Positions 1-13,973 of a stretch of DNA of 64,000 nucleotides are shown here, piece by piece. The stretch is from positions 154,752,001 to 154,816,000 of the forward strand of contig OZ024741.1 of the NCBI GenBank assembly GCA_964016885.1, in the 5' to 3' direction. Made by a program: the position numbers and the translations under genes. The notes beneath the pieces are model-generated. The model worked only from the letters and a program-made list of their open reading frames with translations. It was not told where the DNA came from and did not search any database. Position 1 is the first letter of the stretch. The number at the start of each line of letters is the position of its first letter. This DNA is from Eledone cirrhosa. Its lineage: Eukaryota.

Positions 1-106
1 CGCCGAGGTTAACTTTGCCTTTCATCCTTACGGGGTCGATAAAATAAAGTACCAGTAATGCACTGGGATAATTGCTGGCCTTGTGCCAAAACTAGAAACA
101 ATTATT
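1..106 (+). mobile_element. SINE fragment (3' part, Meta-domain-like core)
   Basis: tttgcctttcatccttacggggtcgataaaataaagtaccag resembles the conserved MetaSINE central domain; related copies at ~4640-4765, 6715-6850, 18445-18600, 19760-20070 (-) and 53860-54075. Confidence 0.65.
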
Positions 107-606
107 TTATTACCTTAAATTCTACAACAGTAGCTCCTGCTTTGAAAATGTCTCCTGTTTCCTTTAGTGTAAAGTAAATATTGATTATTTCAACATCATG
201 TAAGGAGTCTGTTTGGAAAACAACTGGATGTGAAATATTTTGAGAGGTTTGGCAATAGTCCAACTCTGTGGAGCTTTGCAAGGAAATAAAAGGAAATACT
301 GTTTAAAACAGAATTATATTGGAGAAATTGTTCTATTAACTGAAGCTGGACAAGTGTGTGTGTGTATATATATATATATGTATTTAAGTATATATATATA
401 TATATAAATGTAATCTGAGTTTTTCGAATATTAATAATAACATTTGATTCGTTTGCAAGTATGCAAACAAGCCTCAATTTTATAGCCATGTCAGTAGAAT
501 GAACCTTTCATTCTTGCTCTTGTGTTGGCATGTGAACAGAACTGCAGACACTAATGTTACTGGCTATCACCCTTCATCAGTACAGCTCACTGTCCACCTG
601 CCAAAC

Positions 607-809
607 TGTCAGAACTAGTGAAAATATATGCTATTTTCAAAAATACACAGTGACTGATCGGCCTGATTTGCATATTAGCACATTGGCTGATCAGTCAGAT
701 CTGCATATTAGCAGATCCACTGATCAACCAGATTTGCATATCAGCAGACTGGTCAGTCAGTTTCCTGTATACGAGCAATAAATAGCATATATTTTCACTA
801 GCTCTGACA
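607..809. mobile_element. MITE-like element with ~30-bp terminal inverted repeats and three internal ~33-bp tandem repeats
   Basis: tgtcagaactagtgaaaatatatgctattt (607) versus aaatagcatatattttcactagctctgaca (780-809); internal ctgatc...gatttgcatattagca units. Confidence 0.65.
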
Positions 810-842
810 TTCATTGTATTCAGCCATGTAGAGTGAAAATTT

Positions 843-890
<48 letters not shown>

Positions 891-916
891 ATTTAAGTAT
901 ATATATATATATATAT

Positions 917-1654
917 GAAAAGTGTAATTTTCTACACAAAGCGAAGGTTATAGAGAAAATTGAGGTTGGTAATGGCACATGGAATATATAAGAGACAGAA
1001 TACTTTTTTGTGAAAAAACATAATTTTATAAGGTAAGGAAATAATAAAGGGTATAAAAAATGACCGGTTTCGATGGGTCTGCAAAAGCCATCTTTTCAAA
1101 TGTTGATTAATATTAAGAAAAATTAATAATACGAAGAGTTAAAATTTGAGACTTGAAAATTCAAGTATAAAATTCATTGTGGGATTTCATAGCAGTTTTC
1201 ATCAGTAAGTGCACTAAATCCCTTTCTATCACGCTCCACTCTCCTACCCATCACAGGAAGATATGTGTATGTATATTGCTTCCACCTCCTCACTGACCAG
1301 CAGCTGGCGATTGCTAAATCTGACCTTTATAAAATAACCCACACCCCAAATAACTTCTCATTCACTACCAGAAAGGGACACAGCAGTCAACCTGTTGTTG
1401 CTACCAAGATGAAAACTGCTATGAAATCCCACAATGAATTTTATACTTGAATTTTCAAGTCTCAAATTTTAACTCTTCGTATTATTAATTTTTCTTAATA
1501 TTAATCAACATTTGAAAAGATGGCTTTTGCAGACCCATCGAAACCGGTCATTTTTTATACCCTTTATTATTTCCTTACCTTATAAAATTATGTTTTTTCA
1601 CAAAAAAGTATTCTGTCTCTTATATATTCCATGTGCCATTACCAACCTCAATTT

Positions 1655-1662
<8 letters not shown>
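917..1662. mobile_element. Non-coding PLE-derived fold-back element: ~250-bp inverted arms (952-1203 / 1408-1659) between (TA)n tracts
   Basis: Arms are near-perfect reverse complements, each carries a hammerhead-like motif, and (TA)n flanks both sides. Confidence 0.75.
1507..1554 (+). ncRNA. Minimal type-I hammerhead ribozyme, U3-A8 core variant (mirror copy 1057-1104 on -)
   Basis: aacat-TTGAAAA-gatgg(cttttgcagac)ccatc-GAAA-ccgg-TC-atttt: stem II gatgg/ccatc, palindromic stem III. Confidence 0.6.
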
Positions 1663-1711
<49 letters not shown>

Positions 1712-1759
1712 ATGAAATGACAGGAGGCTGGATTTGTGTAAATCCTTGAAAGGTTTATT

Positions 1760-1817
1760 ATACTATGATCATTTCAATGACCGGGTTCCGTATGAATCCG
1801 GTGATATCATCAGGTAT
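1760..1817 (-). ncRNA. Type-I hammerhead ribozyme (PLE-type)
   Basis: Reverse complement reads atac-CTGATGA-tatcaccgg...ccggtcatt-GAAA-tgatca-TA-gtat; stem I atac/gtat, palindromic stem III. Confidence 0.75.
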
Positions 1818-1931
1818 TTGAAATATAGTACGTGAATGTAATAGATAAAATCCATGGGGCTGAAAATCGAGGACCCGAGGGCGACCGCTATTCTGTTCCT
1901 TCAACTTCAGCCGGTCGCCCTGGAGGGCACT

Positions 1932-3301
1932 AGCTATTTATTGCACCTGAGCACCGGCCACATATAAAATCTGCGTTCTTAGATAGCTTACCTGTGATCC
2001 CACTACATCTTTTATGAACCCATACTTTGTATTTGGGGCATAAAATGGAATTTCTGCCTACTCCTTTCCTACACACTGAGCATGGCCATTTCCCAGAGGG
2101 GACCAGTGCTCTATTTTCCTTCCTACATACTATAACTTTAGTCTTAGACAAGTTAATTTTAAGGCCTTTTGATTCTAGGCCATGCTTCCATGTTTCAAAT
2201 TTTTTCTCTAGTTCATCCATGGATTCAGCTATGAGTGTTAGATCATCTGCATAATGAAGTTCCCATTATAGCCTGAAGGGCAATAATAAATAGGAGAGGT
2301 CTAAGGACAGAGCTCTGATGAACACCAACTTTTACGCTAAATTCTTCACTATATTCATTGTTAATTCTAACCTTGCTGACTGTTTCTTTATACTTGGCTT
2401 GTATAGCTCTCACAAGCCATTCATCAACCCCTAGTTTTCTAAGGGCCCACCAGATAATGGCGTGGGAGACTCTGTCAAATTCTTTCTCCAAGTCAACAAA
2501 AGCTAAGTATAGGGGTTTACTTTTAGCTAGGTACTTCTCCTGTAGTTGTCATACAAGTAAAAGGGCATCTGTGTTACTTTTACCTGACACAAACCCAAAC
2601 TGCATTTCGTCTAGATCAATTTGCTCTCTGATTAGTTGCGCTATAACTCTTTCTGTGACCTTCATGACCTGGTCAATTAATTTAATGCCTCTATAGTTTC
2701 CTCTATCTAGTGCATCTCCTTTACCCTTGTAGCAGTTAATGATGATACTACTACGCCAGTCATTTGGTATGACCCCGTTCTGTATGACCTGGTTTACTAT
2801 CCGGGTGACCATGGTGTGTCCCACCGTTCCAGATGCTTTCAGCATTTCAGCACCTATCTCCGAAGGCCCAGCTGCCTTGCCTGTCTTCATATCTTTTATT
2901 GCCTTACTTATTATATTACCTTCAACTTGCACTGCTGGTCCCTCTATCGGATCGATGTAGGACACTATCTTTGTCCCATTTATTCTCCTCATTTAGTAGC
3001 CTCTCGTAGTGACACTTCCAAGCTACCTTCTTATCAGCGTCAGTGATGGCAAGTACACCCTTCTCCCCGACAATATCACGGTTTTCCTTGACACATTGTC
3101 TAGCAATCCTGAACACCTCACGTTTTTGGTCCTCGCGTTGTAGAACATGCTTGAACTTTCTTTCCTCTGCTTCCCTTCTTGCAAAGTACACTTGTCTCCT
3201 AGCTTCCCTCCTGGCCACTTGATAGTGTTCTCCACTTCCCCCATCCCGCCATAATTTCCAAGCCTGCTTTTTGGCCTTGATTGACTCCTCCACCTTACTG
3301 T
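1932..3301 (-). pseudogene. RTE-type LINE RT fragment, frameshifted and truncated at both ends
   Basis: ORFs 2922-3359, 2549-2992, 2243-2491 and 1930-2220 match successive parts of the 681-aa RT at 14905-16950 (NYRGIKL, QFGF, GVHQ, PHD-like finger). Confidence 0.92.
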
Positions 3302-3714
3302 TATATGCATATATATATGTATATATATATAGACATATATGTGAATATATAAGTTTCAAACATAATTATGTGTATATAAATTTCCAATACAATTATATAT
3401 ATTAACAGTACCACTAGGATAGCATGTTCATAATAGGAGTATACATAAAGGTATATACAATATGTTTATGTACAATAAACAAACAAGAGTCTTGTTATGA
3501 ATGTTTTAAGCTGTGATCATGTCACAGCTATTTCTGTAGCTGTATGAAAAAGTCAGACATGTTTCTGGTTTTACTTGTCATTGGTGACATTTACTCACTT
3601 GGTATTGAAATAAAATAAGCTTATAGCTTATATGTTCTTTTGAGGCAAGGTGTTTTTGTGGAAGATCAGCATACAATTTCCCCGCCCCACTGATGTTGTC
3701 CATTGTAACTTATT

Positions 3715-3853
3715 TTTTCCAGCTGAGTGAACTGGAGCAATGTGAAATAAAGTGTCTTGCTCAAGGGCACAATACACAAACTGGTTCAAGAATTGAAATC
3801 ACAACCTCATGATTCTAAGTCTAACACTTTAACCACTTAGCCACATGCCTTCA
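3715..3853 (-). mobile_element. tRNA-derived SINE (V-domain-like core)
   Basis: Reverse complement has ggcatgtggctaagtggttaa (A-box-like) and gcccttgagcaagacactttatttcac; same family at 7315-7405 (-), 8955-9040, 21340-21440, 34580-34822, 41890-42003 (-), 42356-42478. Confidence 0.7.
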
Positions 3854-3879
3854 CTACTATCTTAGTATAGAAATAAGTT

Positions 3880-4345
3880 AGAACATAAGTTAAAAGATTA
3901 TTGTATAAAATTATGGTAGAGATTTTAATTTAGATAAGAACACGTTAAAATTAGCTAAATATATTTCATACATTCTACCTCACTTCAATATTTTCCCTCA
4001 GTGCCCACCAAAAACTTCATAAAAATATTTACAACAAATATTCTTAACAATATTTTTAATGATATTCATTTCAATTAATTAACGAAGAATTTTGAGGGAT
4101 TTACTATAATTATTAATTATTTCAATATAATCAATAATTATAGTAAATCGCTCAAAATTCTTCATTAATTAATTGAAATAGAGTGTATATCATTAAAAAT
4201 ATTGTGAAGAATATTTGTAAATATTTTTATGAAGTTCTTGTTGGGTACTGAAGGAAAATATTGAAGTGAGATTTTAAAGTGTTCATATCTAAATTAAAAT
4301 CTCTACTATAATTTTACACAACTATATTTTTAGTTATGTTACAAA
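3880..4345. repeat. AT-rich fold-back (imperfect palindrome, ~220-bp arms centred near 4123) built from MITE sequence
   Basis: ctcacttcaatattttcc (3979) versus ggaaaatattgaagtgag (4253); gaagaattttgagggatttactataattatt versus aataattatagtaaatcgctcaaaattcttc. Confidence 0.8.
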
Positions 4346-5319
4346 CACCAGCTTAACCATTTCATAACCACATTTCTAATAAAAAAACACTCTATTTCAA
4401 TTAATTCATGAAGAATTTTGAAGGATTTACTAAAATTATAAATTATTTAATTACTAAGCGAGAAACTTAATATACATTAATTTATTAATTTAAATAGGAG
4501 CACTTTAAAATGGGTAGTTTTGTTTCAAAGAACCAGAGCCTGGTATTGGCAATTCCTCCAATTACTTAATTATTTCCAAAATATATTGTAACATGAACTC
4601 TGAAGTTTGTTATTAATATGGTAACAAAAGGGTTAAGGTGAGGAAATGGCAGAATTGTTGGAAAGAATGCGCTTGTTTTGGCTCTTGGCTCTTTGTGTTC
4701 AAACCTCTTTGACGTCACATTTACCTTTGGGTGATAAAATAAAGTACTTGTCCAGAGCCAGTGGATTGGGGGAATTGTTATAGCTTCAAATAAGATGGCA
4801 TGCAGTCTCTGTTATAATTCTTTGAGTCTTGAGTTCAAATACCACCCCTAGCATTAGCTTTCTGATCATGAGAAATAGGGCTGTCAGAACCCAGCAAACG
4901 GTGATCAGTCTCTAATGTTAAGTAAAGCAATGCATAGATTGGGACATAATCTTAATTGTATCAATGTGTGCTGAAATGCTTCTATTTCTAACTCTGTCTT
5001 CTCATGAAGGACTAGTATCCTAAACGTTAAGACTCTTCCTGCTATTTCAAGCATTAAACTAATATATTTCTTCCATGTACTGTGCCGTTTGTTTTATTGT
5101 TTTTATTATTACTTTTACATATATACACACATACACACACATACGTTTTGTTTGTTTGTCCTTTTCTAAATATGTATGCCAGTAAATAGATACATACTAT
5201 ATATGTACTTGTCTTTGTATACATACCTATATGTATGTATGTATGTATTTATGTATTTTCTTCTGGTTTATAATTTTATAAATTATAATTTTATAAATAG
5301 AGAGAGAGTCACTTTGGAC

Positions 5320-6330
5320 TGCTGCTTATGACATGGGTGACATCTTCGATGTTAACTCTGCAGAGTCTGCATTTGTTGTCATATCTAGGTGTTTGCCTGC
5401 ATCTCTATCTCTTTTGTGAATCAGGTATTTTGTGTTGATTTTCTATTCTTGGATTGCAAAAACATATCCTTCAAAGTGGGAGCTAATATAGCGGTTGTTG
5501 GTCCAAGATAGACTACTGTGCTTATCTATATTACTTTCACTCTGGAGCTTCCTTGCAACATATCCATGCATGACTTTTTGGTGATAAGCATGTAGTTTTT
5601 CATCTATGGATTTGCTGCGGTATTCTGGGTAATTTCCCTGGGTGTGAGTTTTTGATTATCAAGGAGTTCCTTCTCAACTCTCATGATCTCATCTGTCTCA
5701 TGCAGAAAGACTTGCTCAGTAGATGGGCTCCTATGTTTGGAGGTTTGTAAATGTTTTTGGAGGGATATGATGCGACATTCAAATGCTAACTGATGTTAGG
5801 CCTCTGCCTCCCTGCTTACGTTTCAAGTAGAGGCAGTCTATATTACTGTTGATGTGGAAGTTTCCGGTGTTGTTTAGGATTTTGTATGTATGTACGTATC
5901 ATTCTTTCTCCATTTCTTCTCACCATATACATATGTACATATTGTATGAACATTCTTCAGCTCTGTGGTGTATATTTCTACATATACATGTATTGAGTTC
6001 ATTACATATTTTTTCTTGTTTCTATTTCCAGGAATTATTGTTAATACGGTTGTGAAATAGCAACAACTCGCTCTCTTTGATATTGGAATCTTCTGTGGTA
6101 AGTCAACCGTTTCCATTTAGTATCAAACTTTATGTCTTTTGTTTGGGTTCATGGATATTAAATTCCAGGTTTAAAAAAAAAAAATCAATGTGGAATGATA
6201 TTTTTGTCTCCAAGCTATAATTCTGAGGAACCAATTCCAGCATCACTGATTAAATTGTTGAAAATCCTTCTGTTATTTATAGCTCTGTTGTTTTTCCACT
6301 TTGGAATTATAACACTTCAAAAGGCTACCA
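5320..6330 (-). pseudogene. Decayed R4/Dong-like non-LTR retrotransposon fragment
   Basis: Minus-strand translation gives TGNFHINSNIDCLYLKRKQGGRG, FEGYVFAIQEQKINTKY and a KCRLCRVNIEDVTHVISS zinc-knuckle-like motif. Confidence 0.7.
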
Positions 6331-7634
6331 ATTCTTAAAGTTTTGTTATACCATCATCATCATTTTACATTCGCTTTCCATGCTGGCAGGAGTTGCAAGG
6401 AATATCCTACTTTTTGACGAAACCAGATGAGACGGAGCAACTTCATCTGGTATGGTTTCTCCAGTTGGATGCCCTTCCTAATGCCAACCCCCATATAGGG
6501 TGGACTGGTGTATTTATATATGCACCAGCACTATCACTTACAGAGAGGACTAGGTGCATTTTATTGCAGCAACAACACTACAAGTTGTCATATGTTCGTC
6601 CATAGGTTGCTTTTATATATCCGTTATTATTAATAGTTATACATCAGTTAGTATTTGTAGTTATACATCGGTTAGTATTTTCAGTTATAGACTGCTTAGT
6701 ATAAATCATTATAGATTGGCAAATTGGCGAAAGCATTGATTTTAAATGCTATGGTATTTATTCCAGTTCACTGCACACTGAGTTCAAATCCTGGTTTACT
6801 TTGTCTTTCATTTGTTGTGGGGTCAGTAAAATACCAATCCAGGGACAGTGGATTTGCAGAATTGTTAAAGAGTCAGTCAGGATGCTTTGTGGTATCTGAT
6901 CTGATTCAAATCCAACCTCCTTTTGCCAGGAGTTGTGACCAGCAGATAGTATCAGCAATAGAAAGACCAATGGAAACAGTTTCCTTTGTTCAATGTGATA
7001 TTTGCTTTCTTTCTTTCAGTATTAATGTATTTGTTGCTGTTACAGCTCACACATGTGTAAGTTTAGCTGGCCTCCTATATTGTTGTTGGTACAGCTCATA
7101 CCTATGTCAGTTTAGCAGGCCTCCTACAAGGTTGCCTCTTATAAGGTGTTTCTTAGGTGTTTTAATGAGAGGGCCCACACTCCTATCCTGTAGTTTTTAC
7201 AGCTCACACATATGGAGGTTTAGCTCGCCTCATATGTGGTTGTATCTCATAGGAGGTTTCTTAAGTGTTTTTAATGATCAGGGGCCCAGTCTTATGAAAA
7301 GCAACATGAACTGAAATGTCTTGCTCAAGAACACAAAATACTGCCAGGTCCAGGAATCGAACCCACTTCCTTATGTCATGAGTCCAACACCCTAACCATG
7401 AGGCCTTCAGAGCTGTCAACAATGACAAAATATTGTTGTCAATGGTTCAACTCCTCCAAATATCTCAAATGCCACAGGCTAAACAATGTATTTCAGTAAT
7501 TTCTTTCTTTCAGGTATGTCTGTAGTAACTGCCATTCTGTTGCAGAATTTGAGATGGAGCAAATGAGTCACTAACTGTGACACATCCCAATATGAGGCAC
7601 AGCCAATTTAATGAATTTTTCTCTTTTGCTATTA

Positions 7635-8003
7635 TTTTATTCTTTTACTGGTTTCAGTCATTAGACCAAGGCCATGCTGGAGCACTGCCTTGAAAGGATT
7701 TAGTCAATCATATCAACTCTAGTAAATATTTTTCATATCTGGTACTTATTTTGGAGATCTCTTTTTGTTGACCTTGTAAGTTATAGGGCACACACATACA
7801 CACACATGTAGACACACACATGCACACAGACATTCATATACATATATGTGTGTGTAACAGGCTTCTGTAATTTATATGGATTAATAAGCATTGATTCAAG
7901 GCTACAGTAGAAGATACTTTGTCAAGGTGCCACACAGTGGGTGGGGATCTGAAACCACGTGGTAGTAAAGCAGACTCCTTAACCACACAGCTATATCTGT
8001 GCC
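7635..8003 (-). mobile_element. tRNA-derived SINE, third family, with internal (CA)n
   Basis: Reverse complement starts ggcacagatatagctgtgtggttaagg...cccactgtgtggcaccttgacaaag and ends aatgactgaaaccagtaaaagaataaaa; partial copies at 28175-28250 and 54480-54615. Confidence 0.6.
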
Positions 8004-9215
8004 ATGGTTAGCTTATGTCATATTTCTATGTCAAACTTTGTTCAATGATTAATTTTAACGAAGCGATTTAGTAATTACAGACACTATATCTGCTATAGAA
8101 ACCATACACTATCTCTATTACTATGACCTTTTGTTGAAGTTATTTCATCTATTTTAGTCTTATCCTGAAGTCAATTAATTAATTTAATTAACCAATAGCA
8201 GGAACTTGCTTTAAGATGCCAGCTGGGATTTCTTTGTTAAGAGCAATCAATAATCATTTCATCCCTTAAGGATCGAAGTCTTACACAGAATAATCACTAC
8301 ACTACTACTGTTTCATTAGAAACATCTCAAAATTTCACTGATGTTGAAACTATCTGTAGTCTTGCCTTCAAAACTGATGTTAATATTGTTGCAACTATTA
8401 GAACTATTGCTCTTAAAACTTTACTGATGTTCATCATGTCGGAACTATCAGAACTATTTGTCTTAAAACATTATTGATGTTCATAGTGTCAGAACTTCTT
8501 AAGCTGTATTAAAGGCTTGATGTCCTTCCTAGTGCTGGTGCCATGATAAAATGCACCTGGTGTACTTTGTTGTGTGCCAAAACATATGTATGCAAGAAAC
8601 GAACCTTGGCCTGTCTGAGAGGTTTGTGACAATTTGTCCAACCCCTGCTAGCAGGGAAAACTTATGTTAAATGATGATGATGATGATGATGGTGATGATG
8701 ATGGCGATGGTGATGATAATGGTGGTGGTGGTGGTGGTGGCAGTGGTGGCTTGTGTTTAACAGTTTTCAAGTCTCTTCTGATATATAATTGTTTCAGATT
8801 TAGAGTATTTATTATCCCACTTCAGAAATTCCATAAATGGTAAATAGCCCCCAGAAAGATTTAGAAGCTTTGTAATAATATGATTAACATACCATATTGA
8901 GTAGGTGGATAAATTACTGTATAGTTAGTCTTATATGAAAAATGAGTGATAGTGTGTGGTTTAGTAGTAAGGGTGTTTGGCTCAGTTCCCGGTGGCATGT
9001 TGTGTCCTTGAGCAAGACAATTTATTGCTCCAATTCAATTATAGAATGCTCAGTCACACATACGGTAATTTCACAAGCAAGCTCTTCCAGTGTTTGAACA
9101 ACTGGAACACTCATTGTTTGAACCGATGGAGGTCCAACAACATATGAGAAATATAATAAACGTAAGTAAAATGATATTGTGACTCTTCCCATAGTGGCAT
9201 TGTTTCAGTAAAAGA

Positions 9216-9435
9216 TTAACCCTTTTGATACCAAACAGCCTGAAACTGCAGAACTGGTTCTACAAAGCAAAACTGTTTATTTTAAAGTGTTTACATTTAT
9301 TTAAAAACGATCAATCGCAATTTTATATAAGAATCTTTGTTATGTTCCAAATACAAATGTAATAATGAAAAGTTACCTAAAATCCTTCCAAATTTTTTAT
9401 TATTTTCTTTAGAAATATAGTAAGAAAAGGGTTAA
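9216..9435. mobile_element. TTAA-ended (piggyBac-like) MITE
   Basis: ttaaccctttt ... aaaagggttaa termini; a second TTAA-ended element at 11041-11248 and decayed modules at 19390-19740, 21001-21183, 48500-48870. Confidence 0.6.
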
Positions 9436-10469
9436 GCTCCATTTCCTGTCAATTCCTCATCTATACCAGTTCTGTGTGTTATACTCATAACAACCTGTAA
9501 TAATTTAGTAGAAAATATATAAAAATGGATTTGTTAATTCAACTGTTTATAGTACTTCTGCTAGTGGACAGATTGTGGTGAATATTTGCAATATCAGAGT
9601 AAAGACTAATTTTTAATGTGATGCAATCATTACTCTTTTGTACTTTTCAAGGATGTATTGCTAATGTGATTTATTAGTTGAAATGCTTACAGTATCTTTA
9701 CTAGTGTATAGATTGTTGTGAAAATTGTTCAGTATTAGAGTAAAGACGATGATTTTTAGTAAGATAAAGTCACAGTTCTGTTTTATCCTTTACAAGAATG
9801 TCTTTCTTGCTAATATGGTTTCATGTGGTACAGGACATTGAGAGTTAGGAGCTTTGGCATGGATTATTTTATTGAAAAGGTGTGGAATCTTTGATGATCT
9901 CAATAACTGATTACAGTCTTCTAAAAGAAGCATATATATCTGAAGGCAAACCTACACATTGGATTATATTTTTGCTGATTTCATTTATTTAACGTCTGTT
10001 TTATACTTCTCAAGAATGTCATGCTCATGTGGTTTGATGTGGTACAGGATGTTCAGTGTTAACACTCTTCCTAATTTACTCTTGTTTTTTGTTTTGTTAC
10101 TTATATAATCGATACTACATAAATTTACAGCATTTTCTGTCATTTGCCACTCTGATATCCTCCTCATCCATCATCCTTGAGGCAAATAGACATTGTTGCT
10201 GTTGTTGTTGTTGTTATTATTGGTATTGTTGTTGCTACTATTGTTGCTGTTGTTGTTGGTGGTATTGTTGTTGTTATGATAGAATAAGATGGAGATAGCT
10301 ATTGGCACCACCTTTTATCCCAAAAGGGGGATGTGCTATGTTTGGTAAATTTTGTGGGTTTTTCATCAAAGTTAATGAATATTAACAGGCCAATGCATAT
10401 AATATGAAAATAGTCATAGTTTTGCAGAATTGCAAAACTGGATAGTGTATGATTTTACTACATACAAAT

Positions 10470-10690
10470 AGAGAAAGATCTGGAAAATGTCTTTGACAGA
10501 ATCCCTTAGACTGTAATTTGGGAGTTGCTTTGGAAGTTAGAAATAGAAGGGTGACTTCTGAGGTGTTGTACAGGTTGAACAGAAATGCTACTATCAAAGT
10601 GAGGATTGGTAACAGGTATATTGACTAATTTAGTGTACAACTGGGAGTCCACTAAGGCTTAGTCTTCAGATCCTTCATATTTTTTATAGT
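10470..10690 (+). pseudogene. Old RTE RT fragment
   Basis: DLENVFDRIP, ATIKVRIGN and FSVQLGVH remnants of the RTE motifs DLEKAFDRVP / VSKVRINN / FSVKVGVHQG. Confidence 0.6.
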
Positions 10691-11520
10691 TACAAAAAAA
10701 AAAAAAGAAAAGAGAATTCATTATAGTTCTCCACATCATAACAGAATAAACGAATATATTTTCAATAAAAAGGATTTCTGAGAAAATTCATAGATTGATG
10801 ATAGTTTGAGACAAAATGAGAATGTAATGGATGCCCATAAGTTTGAGAATGAAATAAGATCACATCCAAGACATGTATCTTGTTCACTTCTATCACTTCT
10901 AATTAGTTGTTTAGTTAAATTAACACAGTCGATATAAAGTTTCCATGGGGAAAATATTAGTGGTTCGCAACTGGGCAAATCCTTATGCTACCAACCTTCC
11001 GAGAAATGCATTTGGATTTATGATGCAAAACTGTTTGATTTTAACCCTTTAGCATTTACATTACTCTATATTTATGATTGTATTTTCACAGTTTATCTTG
11101 TATGATATCTCACATAATATCGTATCTATAAGATTTTGATATTTTTTATTTTGAGAACAATACCTTAACATCGGTATAAGTGGCCAGTTACGGACGGTTT
11201 GAACAGAAAGAGTTGAGAGAATTCTGGCTGGATATGCCTAAGGGTTAAAGTAATTATTATTTAAAATTAAACCTTCCATGATAACTTTATTTAAGAAATT
11301 TGGAGGGATTTGGTAATAGAAGCTAATTTTCAGATTATTAAGCTAATTTTAGGAACATGACTTAACTCTTTAGCATTTAAACTGGCTGTGTCTGGCCAGA
11401 ATTCTCTCCTTTTTCTGTTCAAACTGGCCTTAATCTGCCATTCATACTTATGTTAAGGTATTGTTCTCATAATAGATAATATCAAATCTCATATATGTTG
11501 TTGTTATAGTTGCTGATATT

Positions 11521-11775
<255 letters not shown>

Positions 11776-12283
11776 GTTGATAATATACCCTCCAATTACT
11801 GCCATATTGTGTTTGACCATCCATCATCTTAAAACTGAGCCAAATAAGACAAGATAATCAATCGATGGAACCAGAGTGGACCTGTCACCAGAGGAAGGGG
11901 CTGTGCTATCCAGTGCTTCCCCACCTTTACTTTTTAGTGGTGCACCATCAGATTTAAAAAATAGAGCTTATAACAAAACATCTTGAAAAATGTTCCTTTG
12001 AGTCTGGAGTTTATGAATATTTCTTCTTAAAACAATTAACAAAAAAGAAAAGCCAAAAGGTTAACCAAAGAAATTGGTTAAAATATTCCTTAGTGAATTG
12101 ATAGAAATCAAAAGACATGATTTCGAATGAAAACAAAAACAAGAGTAACAACAACAGAATAAAACCAGAAGTAATACTAATAAAATGTAAATAAATTTAT
12201 ATGCTTACATACACACACAGAAATATATGTGTGTGCCTGTGCTGTGTGTACACACACACACATATATATATATATATATCTAC

Positions 12284-12342
<59 letters not shown>

Positions 12343-12396
12343 AATAGAGATGATATTAAGTATATATCTTTCGTTTATTACTATTATATATATATA

Positions 12397-13935
12397 TCTA
12401 TATATCTAAAACAGAGAATGTCTGTCTGTCTGTCTGTCAGACTCCCTAAAACTTGAGAACCACCCAACCGATTGTTTTCAAACTTTACACATATAATACT
12501 TATGGTCGTGTGAGTGTTTTGAGCAAAAGACATTTCAAATTTTCAATGCCCTAGGGACCACATTAGGCGAAAAAGCGATCTCTCTCTATCTCTTAGTCTT
12601 TCTTTTTAGATAGATACATAGATATAACGTTGTGCCCTTATAATATCTGTCTGTATGTCTGGCTGTCTGCATTATGACACTATGATGCTGTGTGTGTGTG
12701 TATCATCATCATCATCATCATCATCATCGTTTAACGTTCATATTCCACGCTTGCATGGGTTTGGACGGACATTTTCCCACTTGAGGCAAGAGTGGTTGTC
12801 TTGCTCGCATAGGACTGTCTGGCGGGTTTTCTACGGCTGGATGCCCTTCCTAACACCAACCACATTTACAGTGTGGAACTGGGAGGTTTTTACCGTGTTG
12901 CCTACACGGCCACATTACAGCGTGGACTGTGTGTTTTTTTGTCGTGACACTTACACGACCTCATTTGTTTCGGGCTGGATGTTGTGACACCAACATAACT
13001 TTACATTGAAGGGGTGGTGTGGATGGGGTGGGGGTAGTGGGACGGGGTGTATTTTGTTAGAGGTGCCTACTGACTGTAGTAGGTTTTACTTTGTATTTAG
13101 GTAAGGCGGGTCTTCTCTATTACTATGTAGCGCCAAAGCTCTCGGTCCAGTGACATTGTCTTGGAGAGGTGTAAGTGTGTGAGGTCGGAATTTATCAAGT
13201 CATCCCAGGTTTTTCTGGGTCTGCCTACTCCGTGGCTACCGTCTATTTTTATTGCGCTGCACTTTTTTATACAGCTGTTGTCTTTCATGCGCATCACGTG
13301 ACCATACCAACATAGTCTTCTCTCGAGTAAACAACATCTGATCCCTCTTATTTCTAATTTCTCCCTTAGTACGTTTATGCTTTGCCGTTCACGTATGTTA
13401 CTATTACACATCCAGCGGAGCATGCAAGCTTCGTTTCTCTCCAGTCTGCGTATATCCTCTGCACACAATGCCCAGGTCTTACTGCCATGTAACATTGCTG
13501 TTCGTATGCAGGCATCATACAGCCTGCCTTTCATTTTTAGAGAGAACCCTTTAGCGGCCAATAGTGGTATAAGCTCTCTGAACTTTTTACATCCCGTTCT
13601 GACCCTAGCTACTGTACTTTCAGAGCACCCTCCCCCACTGCTGATTTTATCACCCAGGTAACGGAAGCTGTCCACTATTTCTATAGAACCATCTGTGCAA
13701 TCGAATGAGTTAGTATTCTGTGGGCACTTGCTGCTACTTATTGCACCAGAGCACCGGCCACATATAAAATCTCTATATATATGTATATATGTATATATAG
13801 TGTGTGTCTATATATATATAGTGTATAAAGTTTTTCGAAATATTTACTTCTGCGTTCACAGATTGATTTTTTTAGTTTCAGAAGATCCCGTTAAGGGTGA
13901 AAGCAGCGATTCTTTGCTTAAACTTTAATCTGTTA

Positions 13936-13973
<38 letters not shown>

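Noticed and set aside
6724-7314. 196-aa ORF
   Set aside because: Runs across SINE remnants and local duplications; no recognisable domain
9800-11000. Possible host exons in apparently unique sequence (ORFs 9985-10167, 10736-10978)
   Set aside because: No recognisable homology or convincing splice-site pair by eye; cannot be supported
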